Below are positions 1 to 8,340 of a stretch of DNA of 64,000 nt, one piece after another. The notes under the pieces are model-generated. The model was not told where the DNA came from and did not search any database. It saw only the letters and a list, made by a program, of their open reading frames with translations. Location of the stretch: assembly GCA_031416075.1 (NCBI GenBank), contig JANOSY010000014.1, forward strand, positions 1 through 64,000, written 5' to 3'. A program made the translations under genes and the position numbers. The stretch is from Candidatus Tenderia sp. (lineage in GTDB: Bacteria > Pseudomonadota > Gammaproteobacteria > Tenderiales > Tenderiaceae). Every line of letters starts with the position of its first letter. Position 1 is the first letter of the stretch.

Positions 1-135
1 GAAATCAAGACAAAGAAGATGCTCATTACGATCAGCTCAAGTTAGGTATGTGAGTCAGCGCCTTCAGGCGCTTCATGTTTTTGCCCCTTTGAGGGGCTAA
101 TAAAGATAAACCCCCGGCTTTGCCGGGGGTAACTT
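1..135 (+). mobile_element. tnpA: Right end of an IS200/IS605-family element: 3' end of a TnpA (Y1 transposase) gene plus subterminal hairpins
   Basis: Frame from nt 3 reads NQDKEDAHYDQLKLGM* (stop 51-53), resembling IS200-group TnpA C-termini. It is followed by three GC-rich hairpins: 57-72 agcgcc-ttca-ggcgct, 83-97 gcccct-ttg-aggggc, 110-130 acccccggc-ttt-gccgggggt. Truncated by the window edge. Confidence 0.7.
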
Positions 136-160
136 AATTTAATCAGAGATTACTATTAGG

Positions 161-412
161 ATGACTTCATATACTAAACACCTTCTGGCGATGATATTGC
201 TGCTGTTTACTCCACATGTATCAGCCGATACCTATCGTTATATGCATGTCACCATTGATACTCCCTGGATGATATTCCTGTTTCTGTTTGGCGCGGTAAT
301 GATGCCATTTATTTTGATGGCCATTCTTTATTGGCGCACCGCTTTTCGTCGTAATGCTGAAGATGATATTCGGGCGGCAAAGTCTGATGTTAGTGGCAAG
401 CCTGAGGAGTAG
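161..412 (+). CDS. Small membrane protein (signal-like N-terminus plus one TM helix), unknown function
   Basis: 83 aa ORF, ATG after agg; hydrophobic segments; 3 nt gap to the next gene. Confidence 0.65.
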   Translation: MTSYTKHLLAMILLLFTPHVSADTYRYMHVTIDTPWMIFLFLFGAVMMPFILMAILYWRTAFRRNAEDDIRAAKSDVSGKPEE

Positions 413-415
413 CGG

Positions 416-772
416 ATGAGAATACTCCGTCTCTGCTGCGCTGTGCTGTTGTTTCTTGTTGCCCCTCTGAGTCTGTATGCAAGTGAGCAGAACCCACCCG
501 CGAATGGTTCGATTGAGGTTATGCAGAGTTTTAATGATAACGCGCTTGAGGATGCAAAGGCGTACGCGGTTGCTGATAAGAAGAAACATCAAGTCCTCTT
601 TTTTATGGGCATCACACTGCTTATTTTGCTGTGCACAACGGCCTATCTTGGCATTTCTATGGTGATGTTTAATAAAGAGGTCTTTGTTGCCCATATGGTC
701 TCCGCGGGTCTTACTGTGACACTCGGCCTAGTGCATGCGGTGACGGCAGTGGTCTGGTTTTTTCCTTTTTAA
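416..772 (+). CDS. Small membrane protein with His residues in or near TM helices, unknown function
   Basis: 118 aa; gaggag SD; signal peptide (SLYA-S) then two hydrophobic helices; HQVLF, AHMV, VHAV. Confidence 0.7.
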   Translation: MRILRLCCAVLLFLVAPLSLYASEQNPPANGSIEVMQSFNDNALEDAKAYAVADKKKHQVLFFMGITLLILLCTTAYLGISMVMFNKEVFVAHMVSAGLTVTLGLVHAVTAVVWFFPF

Positions 773-894
773 TTCTTGTTATTCAGACGGATTCCTATTT
801 CAGGGCTTGTACTCCATATAAATTGTGATGGCACGTTGTTCTGTTATTGACGTTACAGTTCATGTGGTTGCCTGACAGATAAGAACGGGTCATC

Positions 895-3528
895 ATGTCA
901 ACTCCTCCCCATATTACAGATACCGCAGTATTAAAACAGACGTCTGATGATTATGGCAGGCGCATTGTGCACTTCTACTTTTTTTCAGGTGTTGTTGGGC
1001 TCGCTTATCAGGTTTTGTGGGCGCGGATGTTATCGCTTCAGTTTGGTGTTAGCATTTTTGGTGTTGTGATTACGGCTGCTGCTTTTATGGTTGGCCTGGG
1101 GCTTGGCTCTTTTCTGGGCGGGCCACTCAGTCGCCTTAATGCAAAACCGTTACGTTTCTTTGCGATGCTTGAAGGGGGGGTGGCGCTTTACGCATTATTG
1201 CTGCCGCTATTGTTATCGTTGCTTGATGGCGGCATTGCTGCTGTTGCGCCTGGCAGTTTGGCAGGTTGGTATAGTTTGCAGTTCTGTGCGGCGTTACTGT
1301 TGATTGCGTTGCCAGCGACGGCTTTGGGGATTGGGTTTCCGATGGTATTGCGATCATTGGAGTCTCAGCAGGTATCACTTGGCCGTGTATACGGCATGAA
1401 CACCCTCGGTGGTGCGTTGGGCGCGCTGCTGCCCTTATGGCTGTTACCGGTAATCGGTTGGAGTAACTCCGTGCTTGTGGTTGCATCGCTTGGTGCTGCT
1501 GTAGCTCTTTTTGCGTGGCGACTCTCTGTTGTGATGCCAGCGTTAGCGGTTTCCAGAGTTGCAGCAAATCCTGTCAGTAATATCCCTCTTTCAACAATAG
1601 TGGCTTACGCCATCGTTGGTGCTTCGGCTTTAATGCTAGAAATTGCCTGGACCCGGCTGTTTGGTATGTTGTTGTTGCGCACTGAATATGTGATGGCAGT
1701 CATTCTGGCGACATTCCTTCTTGGTATTGGCGGAGGTAGCCTGCTGGCGCAGTACATGCGTGCACGTTACTGGTTGGAGTTGCTGCCGCTGTTATCGGCA
1801 CTGTTTGCCCTGTTAAGTTTATGGGCGATCCCTCTATTAGCAGCGTGGGTTGAGCGTGCCCATTTCGGCTCGCTTTTTAGTGCCATGTTGATTCAGGGAG
1901 GAGCGGTTGCCCTCTTGACGTTGCCAGTGACTTTGTTGCTGGGTGCGTGGTTGCCACTACTGAATTTGCGGTTGGGTGGAGTAAAGTCGAATGGAGCGTG
2001 GCTCTATGGTGCCAACTCTATTGGTGCGGCGCTGGGGGCGCTGCTGGCTGGATTTGTTTTAATCCCTTGGTTGGGCACAACGGGGGCGTTAGTACTGGCA
2101 GCACTTATGCTTTTTATGGCAGGAATGGTTTGGGCGCGCCCACGTCTCTGGCTGTTACTGCCGGTGCTTGTAGTGATCGCCTGGCCGGTATACGAGTTGC
2201 CACCGGTGAGCCAACTATTGCCCGAAACTCAGAAGGGCAGCCACGATCTTATGGTTCATGAAGATGCCCTGTCCATCACCCATGTGGTGGCAACCCGGGA
2301 TGGGCAGCGCCTGTTATTGGCAGATCTGCAGCGGATGGATGCTTCATCTGAACCGCTTGCAGTTGTTTCACAACAGAATCAGGTACGACTGCCACTGCTG
2401 CTGCACCCGTCGCCCAAAACGGTACTCTTTCTTGGTTTGGGGACAGGAATATCCGCTGCTGCATCGGCCCCGTGGACAACATTGCAACGTACGGCAGTAG
2501 AGTTATCGCAAGGGTCAATTTTGGCGGCGGGCGATTACTTTGTCCCGGTAAATGGCGGTGTAACCGCACAGATGCGGGTGGCACGCGATGATGCACGCCG
2601 TTACCTAAGAACCTCGCAACAGAACTACGATGTGATTATTGGCGATCTGTTCCATCCTGATTTAGTGGGACGCAGTTCTCTGCTGTCACTGCAGCAGTTT
2701 GAACGTGCCCGTGCGTCGTTGACGGAAAAGGGTATTTTTGTACAGTGGCTGGCGCTGAACCAGTTCGATCCACATTCATTACAAGTAGTGATGCGTACGT
2801 TTCAGCAAGCATTTCCTGATGCCGTGATTTTTGTGGATGGTTTTCGCCTGGCGCTGGTAGGTGGTAATGGATGGCAACCGACTGTTCAGGCAATGCAACA
2901 TAATCTGCAACAGCTCACCCCTAAGCAGCAACAACAGGCAACGGGTGGCGAGGGTGAGTGGAGTTGGCTTGGGCGCTATTGGGGGGGGATACACATCCCG
3001 GCGGGCGCAATACAGGATGAGTGGTCGCCTGTGATTGAGTTTTCTCTGCCACGGGCGCGTTATCGGGGTGATATGGATCTGGTGAAATTGCTTGAGTGGT
3101 TATTGCAGCAGCGCCCTCATGTTACACAAGCGCAGCAAGCATTGGCGGTGAACGCAGAGAGTGTCGAACTGTTTGAGCGTGGTTATGTCGCTACAGAGTT
3201 ATCAATACGCTCATGGATAGCAACACTCAAGGGCGATGAACAGCAAGGGCAAAAATTGTTGCGTCTCGCCTATCAGGCCAATCCACAAGACCGCTGGGTC
3301 ACGGGCACCATTGCTGATCGTATGTATGCAAGTATTGCGCAGATGGATGTGCGCGGGCTAGATAAGCGCCAAATATTAGAAACAATTATCACCATTCGTC
3401 CCGATCACGTCGACGCGCTGCGTGAATTGTGGCAACTGAGTGTGGCAGAGGAGGATGCGGGTCAGGCAGAGTTTTATCGTCAACGTCTGAATGAGGTGAA
3501 CCCTTTGGAGGTGTTGTCACAGCACTAG
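895..3528 (+). CDS. Multi-TM membrane protein fused to a spermidine-synthase-like SAM-binding domain
   Basis: About 430 aa polytopic N-terminus (duplicated YG.N..GA..G motifs), then LFLGLGTG, VELS, DDAR, YDVIIGD Rossmann motifs and a helical TPR-like tail. Confidence 0.85.
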   Translation: MSTPPHITDTAVLKQTSDDYGRRIVHFYFFSGVVGLAYQVLWARMLSLQFGVSIFGVVITAAAFMVGLGLGSFLGGPLSRLNAKPLRFFAMLEGGVALYALLLPLLLSLLDGGIAAVAPGSLAGWYSLQFCAALLLIALPATALGIGFPMVLRSLESQQVSLGRVYGMNTLGGALGALLPLWLLPVIGWSNSVLVVASLGAAVALFAWRLSVVMPALAVSRVAANPVSNIPLSTIVAYAIVGASALMLEIAWTRLFGMLLLRTEYVMAVILATFLLGIGGGSLLAQYMRARYWLELLPLLSALFALLSLWAIPLLAAWVERAHFGSLFSAMLIQGGAVALLTLPVTLLLGAWLPLLNLRLGGVKSNGAWLYGANSIGAALGALLAGFVLIPWLGTTGALVLAALMLFMAGMVWARPRLWLLLPVLVVIAWPVYELPPVSQLLPETQKGSHDLMVHEDALSITHVVATRDGQRLLLADLQRMDASSEPLAVVSQQNQVRLPLLLHPSPKTVLFLGLGTGISAAASAPWTTLQRTAVELSQGSILAAGDYFVPVNGGVTAQMRVARDDARRYLRTSQQNYDVIIGDLFHPDLVGRSSLLSLQQFERARASLTEKGIFVQWLALNQFDPHSLQVVMRTFQQAFPDAVIFVDGFRLALVGGNGWQPTVQAMQHNLQQLTPKQQQQATGGEGEWSWLGRYWGGIHIPAGAIQDEWSPVIEFSLPRARYRGDMDLVKLLEWLLQQRPHVTQAQQALAVNAESVELFERGYVATELSIRSWIATLKGDEQQGQKLLRLAYQANPQDRWVTGTIADRMYASIAQMDVRGLDKRQILETIITIRPDHVDALRELWQLSVAEEDAGQAEFYRQRLNEVNPLEVLSQH

Positions 3529-3860
3529 CAAAATTACGCGTGCTAAATAGTCCCGGCTGAATTTAAGAGTTGTGGTAAAACTTTTAAGTAGATGGCCAAT
3601 TAGCTATGACAATATAACGTTCGTTGGAAATGGAGGTCTACTTGGCGTTGGTTAAGACTGAGTGAGTGAGTGAGATGAGTGTGGATATTCATAATTGGCA
3701 TAAATGCACTCCACTTGCTGGATATCGACTGGCAGCTTGTCTACGGTAAGTCAAATAGTCGTGATATTTCTGCGACGAAGAGAGATAACCTGCATTGTGG
3801 GATAATTGGCGGAAGATATCGACAAGATATTCAGTCGCAAAGTTATTTATAGGGGATGAA

Positions 3861-6452
3861 ATGAATAAACGTTTTTTTGTGGTAATAGGATTGAGTGCGT
3901 TGCTGCTGTTCGGTTGTAGCCGGAGCGATAAGCTGCTTTCGGAGCAAGAGTATCTGGCGCATGCAAAGGATGCTCTGGATCAGGGTAGGTATAACGAGGC
4001 CGTAATCCAGCTGAAGAATGCCGTCAACATTAACCCCAGCAGTAGCGAGGGGCGTTACCTACTAGGTGAACTCTATGTGAATATGGGTAATGGTGCCGCT
4101 GCTGAAAAGGAGCTGCAACGGGCCGCCGAGCTGGGGGTGGCGGGTGATGCGATTGTGCCACTGATGGGCGATGCGCTGTTGCAGCAGGGCAAGGCGGATG
4201 ATGTGATAAAAAGCTATCAGGTCAAGGAGACAGACCCAGCTCAGATCAAGCTGAGTAACAGCATTGTGCTTGCCGAGGCCTATTTCCAGAAGCGCGATTT
4301 TGCCGCTGCGAAAGAGTGGTTCACAACGGCGCAATCACTTTCAGCTGAAAATGAACGAGCAACTCTAGGGCTTGCCCGAATAGCGATTTTAGAGCGAGAT
4401 TATGATTATGCTCAGACGCTCATTAATTCAGTGATTAGTGGTGTCGGTAAGCAAAGCCAAAAAGCATGGTTGACGTTGGTAGACTTGAAGCGTGCCCAAA
4501 ATAGTCCAGAAGAGATCATCGCTGCCTATAAACAGGCTATCGAACTCTCAAAAAACAAACAGGACTATTTTTACCGTATTGCAATGCGCGGTTTGATTAC
4601 TGAATATCTACAACAGAACAATCTAGAGAAGGCTGAGGTAGAGCTTGGCCTTCTTAAAAAATCGTACAATGCAGAACAGTTTCCTGATGATCCTGAACTG
4701 AATCAGATTCGCGCTACTTTGGCATATGGACAGAAAAAATATGATGTGGCAGCTGATTTGGCGGGTAAAGTGCTCATGGTTAATGAAAACCATCTTGGCG
4801 CCACCCTGTTGATGGGGGCGATTAGCACGATTAAGGGCCAGTCGGAACAGGCTGAAGCCTACCTTAGCAAGTTACCTAATAACATAATGGCACGCAAGCT
4901 ATTGGCTTATGCGCAGATGAGCAGCGGTCATGCCGCTGACGTGGTAAACACTCTAAGCCCTATTGTAAAAGGGGGGAAGCCTGATCCCGAGATTTTGGCT
5001 TTGATTGCCGGTGCTTCACTGCGGGCGGGGGACCCTGAGAAAAGTGCCGAATATTATCAGCAAGCGCTTAATGATAATGCAGGGAATAGCAATCTTCGTC
5101 TTGGGTTGGCGCAAAGCTATATTGGTATGAGGGAGTTTGATAGGGCTGTATCGGAGTTGAATAAAGTCAAAGGTGAGGATGGCCATTTCTTTGCTGCCGA
5201 ATTAGCGATCTCAGAAGCACGTATCAAAGAAAAAAAATATCCGGCTGCGCTCGAGAGTCTCAAGGCGCTTGAGCAGAGTGATAAAGCCAACCCACTGCCC
5301 ATTAGTTTGCAAGCCACAGTCTATTCGTTGATGGGCGATGAGGCCAAGGCAAAAGCGGAGTTTCAGCGTGCCCTGAAAGTGAAGCCTGGTTATGGGCCGG
5401 CGGCCAGAAGTCTGGCGCTGTTTGAACTGCGCGCAGGTAACAATGCTGTTGCCAAACAACTCTACGAGGCTGTTCTCAAAGAGTCACCCGAAGAGTTCAC
5501 TGTTCTCTACGACTATGCGCAGCTGGAGATGGGGGCGGGGCAATATAAACATGCCGAGGAGCTGGTGAAAAAGGCTCAGGCGCAAGACAAGAACAAGATT
5601 AGGAGTGCAGTACTATTGGCACGGGTCAATCTAAAACAAAATAACCCCACCGGTGCGTTGTCGGAGTTGCGTGCCGTAGGCGATGCAAAAAATGCAGCCG
5701 TACTGGCCGAGATGGGTAATGCCCAGATGATGCTGAAGGAGTATGTCAATGCCAAGGATTCATACAATAAGCTGGTAGAGGCTGAACCTAAGTCGGCGCT
5801 GGCATATTACCTGCTTTCTATGGCCCACTTGGCGCTGGGTGAAGTCAAGGAGGCGAATAGCGCCTTGAATGTTGCGTTGCAGCACGATGGTAAACACGTG
5901 CCCTCGCTGATCTCCGTTGCAGGTATGGCATTGAATAATAACGCATTAGCCGAGGCCAGAGAGAAGCTGAAAAAACTCGAAACCCTGACGCCCAAGAGTG
6001 ATGCCGTAGCGCTGCTCAAGGCTGATCTGGCTATGCGAGAGAAGCGGTTCCCGCAGGCGATCACCCTTTATGGCGAACTCTATAAGCGCAGCTCCAATGC
6101 CGACTTGGCGCAGAAGTTGGGACAGGCCTATTGGACAAGTGGCGACAAGAAGGCGGCACTCTCCGTGCTGACGGATGCTGCCAATAAACAACCGAATAGC
6201 ACCAAGCTGCAATATGCTTTGGCAACCGCCTATCAGGGGATGGGTGATACAGAGCATGCGATCGAATCATACAAAGCAGCCATCAACCTGGATGGAAAGA
6301 ATGTTGCCGCCCTGAATAATCTGGCTTGGCTGTTGAAGGATAGTGACTTGGTAATGGCCAGAGAGTATGCCAAAAAAGCCAGTGAGTTGGCACCTGGTAG
6401 TAAGGCGGTTAAAGATACCCTCGCCGAAATCGTTAAACTGCAAGGGCGTTAA
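3861..6452 (+). CDS. prsT: XrtA/PEP-CTERM system TPR-repeat lipoprotein PrsT
   Basis: ATG 3861 after agggga; lipobox LLFGC; AVIQLKNAV...GRYLLGELY...AEKELQRA N-terminus; TPRs throughout; ALNNLAWL near the C-terminus; PEP-CTERM context. Confidence 0.85.
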   Translation: MNKRFFVVIGLSALLLFGCSRSDKLLSEQEYLAHAKDALDQGRYNEAVIQLKNAVNINPSSSEGRYLLGELYVNMGNGAAAEKELQRAAELGVAGDAIVPLMGDALLQQGKADDVIKSYQVKETDPAQIKLSNSIVLAEAYFQKRDFAAAKEWFTTAQSLSAENERATLGLARIAILERDYDYAQTLINSVISGVGKQSQKAWLTLVDLKRAQNSPEEIIAAYKQAIELSKNKQDYFYRIAMRGLITEYLQQNNLEKAEVELGLLKKSYNAEQFPDDPELNQIRATLAYGQKKYDVAADLAGKVLMVNENHLGATLLMGAISTIKGQSEQAEAYLSKLPNNIMARKLLAYAQMSSGHAADVVNTLSPIVKGGKPDPEILALIAGASLRAGDPEKSAEYYQQALNDNAGNSNLRLGLAQSYIGMREFDRAVSELNKVKGEDGHFFAAELAISEARIKEKKYPAALESLKALEQSDKANPLPISLQATVYSLMGDEAKAKAEFQRALKVKPGYGPAARSLALFELRAGNNAVAKQLYEAVLKESPEEFTVLYDYAQLEMGAGQYKHAEELVKKAQAQDKNKIRSAVLLARVNLKQNNPTGALSELRAVGDAKNAAVLAEMGNAQMMLKEYVNAKDSYNKLVEAEPKSALAYYLLSMAHLALGEVKEANSALNVALQHDGKHVPSLISVAGMALNNNALAEAREKLKKLETLTPKSDAVALLKADLAMREKRFPQAITLYGELYKRSSNADLAQKLGQAYWTSGDKKAALSVLTDAANKQPNSTKLQYALATAYQGMGDTEHAIESYKAAINLDGKNVAALNNLAWLLKDSDLVMAREYAKKASELAPGSKAVKDTLAEIVKLQGR

Positions 6453-6540
6453 TGCATAACCGAAGAGAAAGATGGCGAAACCCGGGAGGTAGCTCCCCTG
6501 ATTCGCGTTACTCCACCAGGAAGCCTCTGAATAAGTTCTC

Positions 6541-6625
6541 TGTTAGTGGTAAGCCTGTCGAACCATGAACGGGGGATAACTCTGAAGTTGATACATTAAC
6601 CCTTCGACAAGCTCAATGGGAGTGG
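6541..6625. repeat. Degenerate pair of inverted REP-like palindromic units between convergent genes
   Basis: gtggtaagcctgtcgaaccatgaacgg (6546-6572) and cccttcgacaagctca (6600-6615). The cores agcctgtcgaa and ttcgacaagct are reverse complements with one mismatch. Confidence 0.55.
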
Positions 6626-6648
6626 ACTCATTTAGGTGTGGTCGCCTG

Positions 6649-7236
6649 TTATTTCTGTGGTTTGAACAGCTCGTAAAGAGTGCCCTGATCCGGAAGTCCT
6701 GTCTCCGTCTGCTTGATACCCTTCTGGAACTGCTTCATGGCAGTCTTAAGTCTGTCATCATACTGGGCGTCACTGATATTGCCACTATAGAGACCGCGAG
6801 ACTTCAGGGCGTTTTTCATGCGCTTAATCACCTCCTCTTGATAGATGTATTTATCAACGGTGATAAATTTACCACCTTGAGCGATCTTCTGCGGCGCTAG
6901 TTCGTTAATTAGGATCTGAATGGCTGTTTGAAATTGCAGCTCAGGCTTCTGTTTACAAAGTGACTCGGCCGCTATTAGAAGCAGCTGGGTTGATTGCCAC
7001 GGGGCCAGGTCAAAGGTGCCGGCCTGCTGTTGGTTGATTGCGGTGAGATAACCTTCCAGCCAGCCACCGAAAATTAAATACGCGTCATCTTTTTTTTGGT
7101 GAAACTCTATAAATTTTGAGCATTTTGCAATCCCGGCACCTTTTATGGCGTAGGCATTATTGCTGTCTGCACCATAGGTGATGGAGGGCAGTAGAGATGC
7201 GCATAAAAGCCAAGCTGAAACATTTTTTAAAGTCAT
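6649..7236 (-). CDS. Exported protein with a C-terminal peptidoglycan-binding (PG_binding_1-like) domain
   Basis: Signal peptide; Cys pair in a helical N-domain (CSKF...LCKQKP); C-terminal LKSRGLYSG...AMKQFQK...TGLPDQGTL pattern. Confidence 0.75.
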   Translation of the reverse strand: MTLKNVSAWLLCASLLPSITYGADSNNAYAIKGAGIAKCSKFIEFHQKKDDAYLIFGGWLEGYLTAINQQQAGTFDLAPWQSTQLLLIAAESLCKQKPELQFQTAIQILINELAPQKIAQGGKFITVDKYIYQEEVIKRMKNALKSRGLYSGNISDAQYDDRLKTAMKQFQKGIKQTETGLPDQGTLYELFKPQK

Positions 7237-7271
7237 GGTGTAGGACTCTGAATTTAATAGTGCTAAAAATG

Positions 7272-7302
7272 AAAAAGGGCTGTACTTAAAAAGTACAGCC
7301 CT
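7272..7302 (-). terminator. Rho-independent terminator after the PEP-CTERM gene
   Basis: 11-bp stem agggctgtact/agtacagccct, followed by a T run on the minus strand. Confidence 0.8.
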
Positions 7303-7326
7303 CTCTACAGCAATGCTGCTAGCGTT

Positions 7327-8205
7327 TTATGCTACTTTTGCCTTGCGACGACGTGCTGCGCTAATTCCCATTCCTAACAGGCCAGCACCCAACAGGGCCA
7401 GCGAAGTTGGCTCAGGAACAGAGTCTGCACGGTAGGTGTTGCCACCGGTCAGAGAAAGACCTTCTGGGCAGGTGGCGGTAGCCGCGCAATTACGCGGATT
7501 GAACTGTGAGGTGAAGCGGAAATCGCTGCCCCCAGCTTGGCTGTCGGTATTGAAATTGGTGGCTGCAGCGCCACCAATTACATCCATATTGCCTAAGCCG
7601 TTACCACCCTCAGTACCCGTTCCCAATGAACCAGTGATGAGAGTAGAGAAGAGTGTGCCATTCAAAGTGCTGAGTGAGTAGGTGGCGGTCAATGTGTGGC
7701 CAACCAGACTCAACCAAAGGGGATTGGCACCTGCTTCATCACCGCCAGAGGCAGAAGAAGTCCCATTGAAGTCCGGTGAGCCATCGACATAAAACTTGCT
7801 CCAGCCATCTTTGAAGGAGACGTGGTCGCCAGCATCAGCAATACCATTCGTGTTTACATCAAGCCACTGGTTTAGGAAATAGCCACCAAACTGATAGGTA
7901 AGCTCACAGCCTGGGCAGAAGGTAGTGGTGTCGTTATTGATGTTTGTTATTTTGCCATAACCCTTGAGTTCGGTACTGCCGGTGAAGTCGAACTTGGTGT
8001 AACCATCAGGTGTTATGCTGTTGAAAACAGCACCAGTTGGAGTTGCCACTGATTCATATAAAGTATCAGTTGCAAAGAAATCGTCGAAATTGTTTGGATC
8101 CCAAACAACGCCGCCTACGTTTATGTTTGCTGCCTGGGCCTGAACCGCACACGCCAGCGCAGCAGTCATTGCCGCAGTTTTGAAGATGTTTTTGTAATTT
8201 GCCAT
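7327..8205 (-). CDS. PEP-CTERM sorting-domain surface protein (XrtA substrate)
   Basis: Signal peptide (AQA-A); T/S/G/N/D-rich body; C-terminal VPEPTSLALLGAGLLGMG-RRRK; aggag SD. Confidence 0.95.
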   Translation of the reverse strand: MANYKNIFKTAAMTAALACAVQAQAANINVGGVVWDPNNFDDFFATDTLYESVATPTGAVFNSITPDGYTKFDFTGSTELKGYGKITNINNDTTTFCPGCELTYQFGGYFLNQWLDVNTNGIADAGDHVSFKDGWSKFYVDGSPDFNGTSSASGGDEAGANPLWLSLVGHTLTATYSLSTLNGTLFSTLITGSLGTGTEGGNGLGNMDVIGGAAATNFNTDSQAGGSDFRFTSQFNPRNCAATATCPEGLSLTGGNTYRADSVPEPTSLALLGAGLLGMGISAARRRKAKVA

Positions 8206-8297
8206 TTTATCTAGCTCCTAAAAACGGGTGTTCTTTAGTTAAGTGCTACTGGAAAAAACTTCCTATAGTTCCAAATACTGTTTCTCATTTAATTAAA

Positions 8298-8313
8298 AGC
8301 ACAAGTCGTGCCA
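8298..8313 (-). promoter_or_regulatory. Sigma-54 (-24/-12) promoter of the PEP-CTERM gene
   Basis: Minus strand TGGCACGACTTGTGCT is an exact GG-N10-GC with TGGCACG, about 90 nt upstream of the ATG. Confidence 0.85.
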
Positions 8314-8340
8314 TGATCAATTTTAATTCCTAACGCATTG

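Noticed and set aside
829-843. TGGCACG sigma-54-like -24 element upstream of the spermidine-synthase-like gene
   Set aside because: The -12 position reads TG rather than GC, so GG-N10-GC is not satisfied.
3659-3682. (TGAG)n microsatellite-like run
   Set aside because: Only about four units and intergenic; too short to argue for phase variation.
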